Shown piece after piece: positions 25,514 through 38,262 of a stretch of DNA of 64,000 nt (its first letter is position 1; every line of letters starts with the position of its first letter). Under the pieces are notes generated by a model. That model did no database searches and was not told the DNA's origin. It was given only the letters and a program-made list of their open reading frames with translations. The stretch is from NCBI RefSeq assembly GCF_028641065.1, contig NC_073379.1, positions 82,708,001-82,772,000 of the forward strand, given 5' to 3'. Both the position numbers and the translations under genes were made by a program. Origin of the DNA: Leucoraja erinacea. Its lineage: Eukaryota.

Positions 25514-25545
25514 TTCATTGCATCTTTATCCATAAAGACTTTCAT
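25514..25545 (-). CDS. Candidate first coding part of TEX43 (MKVFMDKDAM, phase-2 donor)
   Basis: Exon-like 25600-25514 with ctttatgcag acceptor and aa|gtatga donor; phase fits the 11132 exon; no clear homology. Confidence 0.3.
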
Positions 25546-25998
25546 CTCATTCTTTCAGTTTCTGTGTCCTAGATTTCTGCTTTGTATCTGTGCCTTCAAA
25601 CTGCATAAAGAATTCATACATATAATGACATTGAAAAGGGCCATTTGGCCCATCAAGTCCATGCCAGCTGTCATGAGAGCAATCTTATTGGTACTCGTCC
25701 CCTCTTTCTCTATCCCTGCGACTTAATCTCACACAAACCCCTCGTCAACATTTTGGTTCTTTTTGCCATTAACCAATAATTAATCATAAATTACAGGGAT
25801 CAATTGATGCACGTGTATCGTTTATGAAGACTTATGGAGAAAATGCACAAATTTTGCATGGATAATCCTTAAAATCAGAATTGCAAAAGGGTTCTTGGAG
25901 TTGTGAGGTAGCAGCACTGATTGCTGAGCCTCCATATTATTATTCCTTGCTTTCAGTTCCTATATGAATCCGAACTTTTGGTTGAATGTCTTCTGTAC

Positions 25999-28008
25999 CA
26001 AAGCGAAGGATGATGCGTACAAATTAGCCAGAAAAAGCAGCATACCGGAGGACTGGGAGAAATTCAGAGACCAGCAGAGGAGGACAAAGGGCTTAATTAT
26101 GAAAGGAAAAATAGATTATGAAAGAAAACTGGCAGGGAACATAAAAACTGACTGTAAAAGTTTTTATAGATATGTGAAAAGAAAGAGATTAGTTAAAACA
26201 AATGTAGGTCCCTTGCGGTCAGAAACAGGTGAGTTGATCATGGGGAACAAGGATATGGTGGACCAATTGAATAACTACTTTGGTTCCGTCTTCACTAAGG
26301 AAGACATAAATAATTTGCCGGAAATAGCAGGGGACCGCGGGTCAAAGGAGTTGGAGGAATTGAGTGAAATCCAGGTTAGCCGGGAAGTGGTGTTGGGTAA
26401 ATTGAATGGATTAAAGGCCGATAAATCCCCAGGGCCAGATAGGCTGCATCCCAGAGTACTTAAGGAAGTAGCTCCAGAAATAGTGGATGCATTAGTAATA
26501 ATCTTTCAAAACTCTTTAGATTCTGGAGTAGTTCCTGAGGATTGGCGGGTAGCAAACGTAACCCCACTTTTTAAGAAGGGAGGGAGAGAGAAAATGGGGA
26601 ATTACAGACCAGTTAGTCTAACATCGGTAGTGGGGAAACTGCTAGAGTCAGTTATTAAAGATGGGATAGCAGCACATTTGGAAAGTGGTGAAATCATTGG
26701 ACAAAGTCAGCATGGATTTATGAAAGGTAAATCATGTCTGACGAATCTTATAGAATTTTTCGAGGATGTAACTAGTAGCGTGGATTGGGGAGAACCAGTG
26801 GATGTGGTGTATCTGGACTTCCAGAAGGCTTTCGACAAGGTCCCACATAAGAGATTAGTATGCAAACTTAAAGCACACGGCATTGGGGGTTCAGTATTGA
26901 TGTGGATAGAGAACTGGCTGGCAAACAGGAAGCAAAGAGTAGGAGTAAACTGGTCCTTTTCACAATGGCAGGCAGTGACTAGTGGGGTACCACAAGGCTC
27001 AGTGCTAGGACCCCAGCTATTTACAATATATATTAATGATCTGGATGAGGGAATTGAAGGCAATATCTCCAAGTTTGCCGATGACACAAAACTGGGGGGC
27101 AGTGTTAGCTGTGAGGAGGATGCTAGGAGACTGCAAGGTGACTTGGATAGGCTGGGTGAGTGGGCAAATGTTTGGCAGATGCAGTATAATGTGGATAAGT
27201 GTGAGGTTATGCATTTTGGTGGCAAAAACAGGAAAGCAGACTATTATCTAAATGGTGGCCGACTAGGAAAAGGGGAGATGCAGCGAGACCTGGGTGTCAT
27301 GGTACACCAGTCATTGAAAGTAGGCATGCAGGTGCAGCAGGCAGTGAAGAAAGCGAATGGTATGTTAGCTTTCATTGCAAAAGGATTTGAGTATAGGAGC
27401 AGGGAGGTTCTACTGCAGTTGTACAGGGTCTTGGTGAGACCACACCTGGAGTATTGCGTACAGTTTTGGTCTCCAAATCTGAGGAAGGACATTCTTGCCA
27501 TAGAGGGAGTGCAGAGAAGGTTCACCAGACTGATTCCTGGGATGTCAGGACTGTCTTATGAAGAAAGACTGGATAGACTTGGTTTATACTCTCTAGAATT
27601 TAGGAGACTGAGACGGGATCTTATAGAAACTTACAAAATTCTTAAGGGGTTGGACAGGCTAGATGCAGGAAGATTGCTCCCGATGTTGGGGAAGTCCAGG
27701 ACAAGGGGTCACAGCTTAAGGATAAGGGGGAAATCCTTTAAAACTGAGATGAGAAGAACTTTTTTCACACAGAGAGTGGTGAATCTCTGGAACTCTCTGC
27801 CACAGAGGGTAGTCGAGGCCAGTTCATTGGCTATATTTAAGAGGGAGTTAGATGTGGCCCTTGTGGCTAAGGGGATCAGAGGGTATGGAGAGAAGGCAGG
27901 TACGGGATACTGAGTTGGATGATCAGCCATGATCATATTGAATGGCGGTGCAGGCTCGAAGGGCCGAATGCCTACTCCTGCACCTAGTTTCTATGTTTCT
28001 ATGTTTCT
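25999..28008 (+). mobile_element. Young 5'-truncated CR1 with an uninterrupted ORF2 RT
   Basis: 649-aa ORF 25964..27913 with all RT motifs and an intact C-terminus; (TTTCTATG)n tail. Confidence 0.95.
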
Positions 28009-28987
28009 CTACAGGTTTCTGTACTGAGGTCGTTCCCTCGGTTTGTGTGACCAAGATCATATTCTAATGCCAGTTTTTTTTAGCATTTCATCCTTGACGT
28101 TGGTGTGTATGACTGTTGTGCCAGGCCTGGGATTAGTTGGGAAGGAACATGATGTGCTTTCATCCAGCTGTGAAGGACAGAAACCGATATGTATTACATT
28201 CAGAAGTGGACCCATTGTCATGGTAACATTGGCCAAGTTGGAGGTCAGTGGGAGTGGATCATTTGAACACAACACAGTACTTTTCTTTTGGGTGCAACCT
28301 CCGTTGATGTGCTAGCTGTTTTGTTTTTTTAAAGCTTTACATGTGGATTACATTTGGACATTATCTGTTCAGCACTTGGATTATCATAAGACTGAATTAT
28401 TTTATAAATTTTCCAAAGAATGCATGATAACTATCTGGCCTGTTGTACAGGTCGAATTATATTCACTGAAGCTTATGTTGTATGATTATAAGTTAAATCT
28501 GTTCCATAGTAGTTTTTATTGGTTAAAGTTGGTTGGTTGTGAACTGTGAAACTCACAACTTGGCAGTTGCAGTGCTGCAAAACTATTCTTTGAAATACAG
28601 TATAGAATTCCCTTCTCAGGTAATTCTGCTTTAGCATGATAGTTGCATTTGTAAGAGGTCTCACATTATACAACATTGTCATAGAAGCAATTGTGTCAAT
28701 GGGGGAGAGGAAGTTGGGGGCTAGAATTGCAAATCACGGATTTTCAAACAAAAGGGGTCTTTTAATAGCTGTGTTTATTTTTGTAAAGAGGTTGTTTCTC
28801 ACTTAGCATTTTCAATAAAGGGTTCATTTTAATAACTACAAATCTATTTTTAAAATACTATGTTACATTGTTTAATAGAGTACTGTTGCACAAGTGTCAG
28901 TAGAAGCAATTGCTTGTCAATTCAGTGGTCACCCTTGGTAAACTGTTCTTGAGACAAAGATGGCTGATTAGTTTAGTTTAGAGATAC

Positions 28988-31035
28988 GTGGGCAAGCATC
29001 TTGTGCCGGGCCAAGGGGCAGATCTCATCCTGGACTATTACAACCAGTTCAGCATGAGAGTCTCATCAGGGTCAGTAACATCAGAGTGGCACAGACTGGA
29101 GGTTGGGATCATCACAGGCTGTACCATCTCTGTGATCCTTTTTGCCTTGGCGATGAACATGATCGTCAAGTCTGCTGAGCCAGAGTGCCGGGGCCCTCTG
29201 ACCAAGTCAGGAATGCGCCAACCACCAATCAGAGCCTTCATGGACGACCTGACTGTCACCACTGAGTCAGTGCCAGGAGGCAGGTGGATCCTCTAGGGGT
29301 TGGAGAAACTGATTGGATGGGCAAGGATGAGATTTAAGATAGGAAAATCAGGGTCACTGGTGCTGAAGAAGGGCAGAGTAATGGACAGGTTCCGCTTCAG
29401 CATCGAAGGGACACCAATCCCAACTGTCTCCAAAAGGCCAGTGAAGAGTCTAGGCAAGGTGTTTAACAGCAGCCTGAAGGATACAGCATCTGTCCAGGAA
29501 ACCTGTCGGGAGCTGGAGAGCTGGTTGAGAGCGGTGGACTGGTTGGGGCTTCCCGGCAAGTTCCAGGTGTGGATTTACCAACATGGTATCCTGCCAAGGA
29601 TATTCTGGCCACTGCTTGTCTACGAAGTCCCAATATCCATTGTAGAGAGATTGGAGAGGAAAGTCAGCAGCTTCCTCAGGAGGTGGCTGGGACTGCCCAG
29701 GAGCCTTAGCAGCATCGCCCTTTACGGAAACAACACCAAGCTCCAGCTGCCCCTGAAGTCCCTGTAGGAGGAGTTTAAGGTGACTCGGGCCAGAGAGGTG
29801 ATGCTGTACAGGGACTCCAGCGACCCCAAGGTGGCTGTGGCAGGGGCGGAGGTGAAAACTGGGAGGAAGTGGAAGTGGAGTCTCGGATATGCCAGAGTCC
29901 TGGTGGGAGCAGTGACTCGGGGAAGAGCTGGCCTGGGAATTTTCCCATCTCCCCAGTTTGACAAAGCCAAGGGGAAGGAGAGGCGCAGGCTGGTCCAGGA
30001 GGAAGTCAGGGCAGTGGTGGAGAAGGAGAGGTGTGCCAGAGCAGTTGGATTGAGGCAGCAGGGGGCCTGGCCAAGGTGGGAGCAGGCCTTGGACCAAAAA
30101 GTCCCATGGACTGAGCTCTGGCAGGCTGAACCACAGCGCATCAAGTTCCTGGTCCAGGCAGTGTATGATGTCCTGCCCAGCCCATCGAACCTCTTCATCT
30201 GGGGCAAAGCGGAATCTCCAGATTGCCCGCAATGCTCAGGCAAGGGAACGTTGGAACACATCCTGAGCTGCTGCCCAAAGCCTCTTGGGCAGGGCCGGTA
30301 CACATGGCGTCACGACCAGGTTCTTAAACCTATTGCATAAGCCATCAGCACGGGAATCAGCAGCTGCAGACGTGAACGGCCCACCACCCAGATGATCACC
30401 TTCGTGAAGGCTGGAGTGCAGCTGCCAAGAACCACGGCCGCCAGGTGTTAGTCAGGGATCCTGGCAACTGCGCAGGACTGGCAACTTTCCGTAGACCTGG
30501 TGAAACAGCTGAAGTTCCCACAGCACATTGCCACGACCACCCTGAGGCCAGACATCCTCCTGGTCTCAGAGGCGACCAAAAACATTGCCTTGTTGGAACT
30601 GACAGTGCCGTGGGAGGACCGTCTGGAGGAGGCCCACAAGAGGAAGATGACCAAGTACGAAGAGCTGGTCATAGACTGCCATAAGCAGGGCTGGAAGGCA
30701 AGGTGTATGCCCATCGAGGTTGGCTGCAGAGGTTTTGCAGGGCAATCGCTCTATAAAGCCTTGAGTGCACTGGGCGTCAACAGAGTGGCGAGGAGAAGAG
30801 CCATCAAGAACACCACAGAGGCAGCGGAGAAGGCCTCGAGATGGCTCTGGATCAGGAGAGGAGGTCCATGGGGAGGAGCGAATGCCACCTGATCCACAAG
30901 TCGTGTTCTGATCAACCACGGCTGGGTCGCCTGGGTGAGGGTGTCTGATGTTGAAAGACCCGAAACACCCAATGACCCCAGGTTACATCATTGATGATGT
31001 GTTCAGGAGCATCAAAAGATGTATTTTTATCAATC
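28988..31035 (+). mobile_element. 5'-truncated RLE non-LTR retrotransposon, HERO-like, inserted in a SINE
   Basis: One frame 28988-30892 with 4 stops: GIITGCTIS, FMDD, CPQC..EHILSCC (CCHC), RHD, RPDILL..ELTVPWE..KMTKY nuclease. Confidence 0.88.
30924..30997 (+). ncRNA. Candidate permuted hammerhead ribozyme with a kink-turn in the HERO 3' UTR
   Basis: Four complementary helices placed around GUC, GAAA and (U)UGAUGA; AAU-GA/GA k-turn (see findings). Confidence 0.55.
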
Positions 31036-31328
31036 AGTGCAGAAACAGGCCCTTTGGCCCACTGAGTACGCGCCAACCAGCTATCCCCATACATTAACGC
31101 CATCCTCCACACACTAGGGACAATGTACAATTATACCAAGCCAATTAACCTACAAACCTGTATGTCTTTGGAGTGTAGGAGGAAACCAGAGATCCTGGAG
31201 AAAACCCACGTAGGTCACAGGGAGAACATACAAACTATGTACAGACAAGCACCTATTGTCAGGATAGAACCCGGGTCTCTGGTGCTGAAAGGCAGCAACC
31301 CTACCGCTGTACTACTGTACCACCCTAC
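31036..31328 (-). mobile_element. SINE whose tail (gtttagtttagagatac) lies at 28971-28987
   Basis: aagccaattaacctacaaacctg..gtctttggagtgt..aggaaacc family, also at about 23745 and 37050. Confidence 0.75.
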
Positions 31329-31845
31329 TTCAGGGATGTTACGTGGAAACATTTTATTTTCGCTCGACTTTTTCTCCAAAGAGATCTTTTTGTTTGCCTG
31401 TCAATTTCCGAAGTAACTTTCAAGTGGTTCTCTCGTTTCCGATAGAAATCACATTATAATCAGTTTAGCCGGCATAATACAAAGTGTTTAATTTACCAAT
31501 TGCATTATGTCCAATCGCAATGTGAAGACATGCATTATAGCAGAACAACCTATACTGTGATTTGCCATTTCCATGGACAATTTTGTTCAAATAATTGCAA
31601 CGTATGCTATTCGTTAAGTACAACCTTTTAGACTAATGGATCCGAAGCCTGTTTATACTGGTTACCATTAAGTTCTACAGATGGCTCTCAATTCCTGAAA
31701 TCTTGCCATTCCATTCCTGTCTCTACTTTGATAAATAATTTAAGGACTTATGTGCTATTGAAGGCAGCCCTCAGTCCAAACAGACAACATCCAGTAAGTA
31801 GCATTCTTCATGTAACTTCAATATTAGAACCAATGTTCTGTTCAG

Positions 31846-34800
31846 CAGGGCTGTAGAGTCGGAGTCGTGGAGTCGGAGCAATATTTGTGCTGCTGGAATA
31901 AGAGTCAGTAAAAAAGTCCCGCCTCCGACCTCAACACAAATATCAGAAACTACGTAAATCTCTGCCTTATCCACTGACTTGGCCTCCACCGCCGTCTGTG
32001 GCAAAGAATTCCACAGATTCACCCCCCTCTGACTTAAGAAATTCCACTTCATCTCATTCCTAATTCTGAAGCCATGACCTCTAGTCCTAGACTCTCCCAC
32101 AAGTAGGAGAAGACTTAGGCCATTCGGCCCATCAAGTCTACACCGCCATTCAATCATGACTGATCTATCTCTCTCTCCTAACCCGATTCTCCTGCCTTCT
32201 CCCCATAACCCCTGACACTGTACTAACCAATTTTACTTTAGTGCCTGCAAACTTGCTAATCATGCTGTGTATGTTCTCAAGATGAATATATGGTAAGAAA
32301 GCTAAACTGAACAGAATCAGGCCATGCTGACTTTATGCCTCGGTCCACATGACAATAAATTAACTCTCCCCAGAAAAAGAAATAAGTTCAGCAAGCATTA
32401 AGAAATTGCAGCGAATTGTGGACGCAGCCCAGACCATCACACAAACCAACCTCCCTTCCATTGACTCCATTTATACCTCACGCTGCCTCCGCAAAGCCAG
32501 CAGCATAATCAAGGACGAGTCTCACCCTGGCCATCACTCTTCTCCCCTCTCCCATCAGGCAAAAAGTACAGGTGTGAAAACGCGCACCTCCAGATTCAGG
32601 GACAGTTTCTTCCCAGCTGTTATCAGGCATGAACCATCCTACCACAACCAGAGAGCAGTGCTGAACTACTATCTATCACTTTGGTGACCCACAGACTATC
32701 CTTGATCTGACTTTGCTGGCTTTACCTTAAGGGAATAAATGTTATCACCTTATCATATATCTGTACACTGTAAATGGCTCAATTGTAATCATGTGTTGTC
32801 TTTCTGCTGACTGGTTAGCACGGAACAAAAGTTTTTCACTGTACCTCGGTACACATGACAATAAACTAAACTGAACTGAAACTAAGACACAAAATGCTGG
32901 AGTAACTCAGTGGGACAGGCACCATTTCTGGAGAGAAAGTCTGAAGAAGGGTCTCGACCCTATACGTCACCCGTTCCTTCTATTCAGAGATGCTGCCTGT
33001 CCCGCTGAGTTACTCCAGCATTTCGGTTTAAACCAGCATCTGCAGTTCCTTCCGACATATAAATTGAAACTGAACTGAACTACTGTAAACTTTACAAATC
33101 CCAGGTAGTTCAGTAAGGACGTTCGGGGTGATGTTATGTCACCCTTACATAACGCTAAGCCTCAGCAGTGAAATCTGCACTCTGTTAGTTAGGGGTGGAT
33201 CATAAATGCCAATGATACCATCACCACCCACAAACGATAACATCTTTAAAATATGCCCAACCTCTGCCCAAATATACACATTGCTATGCCGATAAAACCC
33301 TGTTGCTCCAAAGCAGCTACACAGAGAGAGAGAGAACTTCAGCACATAGAATCATATAATCAGGCTTGATAAGGCGCTGGTAAGGCTCCATTGGAGTATT
33401 GTGAGCAATTTTGGGCACTATATCTGAGGAAGGATGTGCTGGCTCTGGTGAGGGTCCATAGCAAGTTTACAAGGATGATCCCAGGAATTAGTATGTTGAT
33501 CTATGATGAGCATTTGTCGGCACTGGGCCTGTACTCGCTGGAGTTTTGAGAACAATTTCTTTAGTCAGAGGGTGGTGAATCTGTGGTATTTAATGCCACA
33601 GAAGGCTGTGGAGACCATCAGTGGATATTTTTAAGGCAGAGATAGATAGATTCTTGATTAGCATGGGCGTCAGGGATTATGGGAAGGCAAGAGAATGGGG
33701 TTAGGAGGGAGAGATAGATCAGCCATGATTGAATGGCGGAGTAGACATGATGGGCCAAATGGCCTAATTCTATTCCTACGACGTGACCTTATGACATATA
33801 TATTTATGCAAAAGAATATAAATATCATAGTTATTATAGAACAGAATATAGCATATTGTTGTAGAATATAGTCTTTGTAATGGAATAGAATAGAGCATAG
33901 AACAGTCCAGCACAGGAACGGGCCAGCACAGGAACGGGCCCTTCGGCCCACAATGTCCATGTTGAACGTGATGCAAATAACATCCAATGTCTTCAATGTT
34001 TTTTCTTAAGAGTCATAAAGCATGGAAAGAGGGCCTTCAGCCCACCTTGCCCACCCTTTCCAGCTTGGCAACATCTTTCCTACAATACGGTGACTAATAC
34101 TCTATATTCAATGCGCTGCCTGATGAGGGCCAATGTAACCAAAGCCTTCTTGACCATCCTGTCGACCTGTGACCACTTTCAAGGAGCTTTGTGCCTGCAA
34201 TTGAATTTCGATCACAAAAATAACTTGTTTTTAAAAACACAGCAGGCATCTCTCCCACACGTGACGTACAGGCCAATTATCCACAATAATAGGCGGAGTG
34301 GGCAAGGAATAGAGTCCTAGCCTACACAACCTCCCCCTATAGTTCAGACCCTCTAGTCCTGGCAACATCCTTGTAAATCTTCTCTGTGCCCTTTCCAGCT
34401 TGACGACATCTTTCCTATAACATAGTGACCAGAATTGAACACAAAACTCTAAATGTGGCCTCGCCAACGTCTTATACAACTGCAACATGAGCGCCCAACT
34501 TCTATAATCAATACTCTGACTGATAACGGCCAATGTGCCAAAATACTTTTTGACCACCTTGTCTACCTGTGATGGCACTTTCAATGAACTATGTTCATGT
34601 ACTCCTCGATCCCTCTGCTCTAAAACACTATCCAAAGGCCTACCATTCACTGTGTAGGTCCTGCCCATGTTAGACTTCCTAAAATGCAACACCTCACATT
34701 TTTCTGTATTAAATTCCATCAAACATTCCTCAGCCCACCTGGCCAATCGATCCAGATCCTGCTGCAAGTTTTCACAATCTTCACTATCTGCAAAATTACC

Positions 34801-36892
34801 CACTTTTGTATCATCAGCAAACTTGCTAATCTTGCCCTGTATGTTCTCGTCCAAATCATTGATGTAGATAACAAACAGTAACAGGCCCAGCACCAAACCT
34901 TGAGGCACACCACTTGTAACAGGCCTCCAGAAGCAACCTTCCACCATCACCCTCTGCTTCCTTCCCTGAAGCCTATTTTCTATCCATTCAGCTCTTTCCT
35001 TGAATGTCCTTGATTCCGCTAACCGCAAGAGCTCTATCTCTTTCAAATTTATCCAGTGAATTGGCCTCCACTGCCTTCTGTAGCAGAGAATTCCACAAAT
35101 TCACAACTCTCTGGGTGAAAACTCAATTTTAAATGGCCTCCCCTTTATTCTTAGACTGTGGCTGCTGGTCCTGGACTCCCCCAACATAGGGAACATTTTT
35201 CCTGCATCTAGCTTCTCCAGTCCTTTTATAATTTTATGTGTTTCTATAAGATCCCATCTCATCCAAAATTCCAGTGAATACAAGCCCAGCCTTTCCATTC
35301 TTTCCTCATATGACAGTCCCACCATCCCAGGATTAACCACGTGAACCTGTGCTGCACTGCCTCAATAGCAAGGGTGTCCTTCCTCAAATTAGGAGCAAAA
35401 CTGCACGCAATACTCCAGATGTGGTCTCACCAGGGCCCTGTACAACTGCAGGAGGACCTCTTTACTCCTATACTCAAATCCTCTCGTTATGAAGGCCAAC
35501 ATGCCATTAGCTTTCTTCACTGCCTGCTGTACCTGCATGTTTACTTTCAGTGACTGGTGCACAAGGACACCCAGGTCCCTTTTTCCTAATCTGACACCAT
35601 TGAGATAATAATCTGGCTCCTTGTTCTTGCCGCGAACGTGGATAACCTCACATTTATCTACTTTATACTACACCTGCCCACTCACTCAACCTGTCTATGT
35701 CACCCTGCAACCTCCTAGCATCCCCTTTGCAGTTCACACTGCCACCCAGCTTTGTGTCATCAGCAAATTTGCCAGTACTTTTTCAAGTTACTTTTAATTC
35801 CATCATCATCTAACTCATTAGTGTAAATATTGTGGCCCCAGCACCGAGCCTTGTGGCACTCCACTCGTCACTGCCTGCCATTCTGACAGGGACCTGTTTA
35901 TCCCTACTCCTTGTTTCCTGTCTACCAATCAATTCTCTATCCATGTCAACATCCTACCCCAAATATGTTCTAATTTTGCCCACTAATCTCCTGTGTGGGA
36001 CCTTATTCAAAGGCTTTCTGAAAGTCCAGATACACTACATCCACTAGCTCTCCTTCATCCATTTTACTTGTCACATCCTCAAAAATTTCCAGAAGATTAG
36101 TCAAGCAGGATTTCCCCTTCATAAATCCATGCTGACTTGGACCAATCCTTATACTGCTATCCAAATGCAGCGTTATTACTTCTTTAATAATTAACTCCAG
36201 CATCTTCCCGACTACTGATGTCAGGCTAACTGCTCTATAATTCCCTGTCATCACTGCTTATCCAGAAATTGTAAAATTTGCAGCTATGTTACTAACAGCC
36301 ATTCCACCCACTCAGGTCAACGTGGAGACTGTTCTCCGCACTGAAAATAATTAAATTAGATTTAAGGGTTTCAATGAAAGAGGATCTTGTGGAAGCAATT
36401 CTGTTCCTAAGGACATTATTAATAAATTTTAGGTGTGTACTTTTGTAGCAAACTTAACTACCTATGCATTTACTTTTAATTTCTATTTCACGTGAGATTT
36501 TTTTTGTCATAATTTAGCCATTTAGCTCATACCTGTGGCCTTGATTTAATAAATTTTGGAGTAATGTTTTTGTAATTTTTTTTTAATTCAATGGAATTTA
36601 AATTTTGTCATAATCCTTTCTGTAATTTTTTTTCTTTTAGCATAATGAATTAAGTTTTTTTCCTAAAATAAACATTAAAAAAGCCACAATAGCAAAGCTA
36701 CAACCATTAGACTCAAAACTTTAAGGACATGGGTTTAAAAGGTAGCTTGATGATTCATGTGGTTACTATGAAATGCCATCTTGTGTAATGTCATCATAGC
36801 AGATTTAGAATTATTATACCTCGGGGTCAGGGTCCGGACACAAGAAATCAGAGTCGGAGTCGGGTGTTTTGGGTATCTACTCCACAGCCCTG
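31846..36892 (+). mobile_element. Degraded hAT transposon with 8-bp TSD CTGTTCAG, containing many nested CR1, Rex1 and Penelope fragments
   Basis: TIR CAGGGCTGT.GAGT / ACTCCACAGCCCTG; GGAGTC subterminal repeats; hATC remnant IPPTQVNVE.LFSALKII..EAILFLR at about 36258-36420. Confidence 0.88.
34310..36248 (-). mobile_element. Two adjacent CR1 fragments nested in the hAT element
   Basis: ORFs 34231..35046, 35101..35340 and 36003..36254 carry CR1 RT motifs. Confidence 0.88.
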
Positions 36893-38262
36893 CTGTTCAG
36901 GGTGGGTCAATGTGCTGCCTAAATATTTGGCTTCAGACTAAGCTGGTCTGTGCCTTTCCAGCCCAGTATCATAGGATGATAGTAGCATTAGCTGGTTCCT
37001 TAAACTTTGGCTCAAGTCCATGCCAACCAGCACTAATTCTTTCTGACACACCGGGGACGATTTGCAGAAGCCAATTAACGTACAAACCTGCACGTCTTTT
37101 TTAATGTGAGGAAACCGGAGCACCTAGAGAAACTCCACAAGGTCCAAGGGAGAATATACAAACTGTACAGACAGCACCTAGTCAGGTTGAACCCGGGACT
37201 CTAGCACATGGAGGCAGCTGCCCAAGAGGCAGGACATGGATGAGTGGTTTATTTTGGGTATTCATTTAAAGTTTGATTTGGTATCAGCAGGCAAATGGTA
37301 AATTCAGTTGAACGTTCAGCCAGGGAGCAGATGAGGATTTTAGGCTAGGATGATGGAGTTATATTTGGTGTTGATTTAAAATTCAACTTGAAATCAGCTT
37401 GGAGGTAGATGGCAAACATCACCTGAAAGCAAGTCAGGCTATCATGTTTGCCTCAGCTAGATAGTTTACCTCAGAGATTTTCCACCTCCGAGGGTAGCCA
37501 AGGCATTTCAACTGTGTTCGGAGTGTCTTTGTCAAGGATGACCAGGCATCAGTGTCAGCAAAGGCCTCAGGATCTTGAAATGATCACCAATTACCAATGA
37601 ACATATGGTGTAGGAAAGAACTGCAAATGCTGGTTTAAATCGAAGGTAGACACAAAATGCTGGAGTAACTCAGCAGGGCAGGCAGCATCTCTGGAGAGAA
37701 GGAATGGGTGACGATTTGGGTCGAGACCCTTCTTTAGACTGAACACATGGTAACTGATCTGATTTTGATTATATTTAATTAAGACGATGTTCTATAATTA
37801 TATGTGAAATCTTCACTAACATTCTTACCAGTGGTCAGAGTAGCTTTTACATTGTGATCCCTATAACTTGGCAGTCATTTTTGTTGTATTTAAAATCAAA
37901 ATCATTCTGCTGAAAAGGATAAAATGAGCGGCAAAGAGTATCTGCATTTAATTCATTATAAAAAGTTGGCTGAAAGAGTAGAAAATTATGATGTACATAA
38001 AGTTAAATTTACAGAATGTTGAAGGGAAATAACCTGTTGCCATAACGAATGTTGTTTGATGCTAGATTTTTTTGCAATATTGTTAGACTGAAACAATGAA
38101 GACACTAATTCACAAGTTGACAAACAATTGCCACCTTAAAGAATCAAAAATGAAACTATGGTGTTATAAATGTAACATATTTCAAATGGAAATTTCAATG
38201 AAATCAATACAGGAATACGAATTACATTTGTTTTGTTGCAATATCAGTGTGTTCAGCATTAT

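Noticed and set aside
25530-25546. Minus-strand DESLY peptide resembling the human TEX43 N-terminus
   Set aside because: Bounded by stops on both sides; probably coincidence
26707-27225. Recurrent antisense ORFs such as [13 protein letters not shown]
   Set aside because: Shadow frames of CR1 RT repeated in every copy
33149-33316. 168-nt minus-strand segment with good splice signals, open in a phase compatible with TEX43
   Set aside because: Lies inside the hAT element span and shows no recognisable homology; cannot be supported without transcripts
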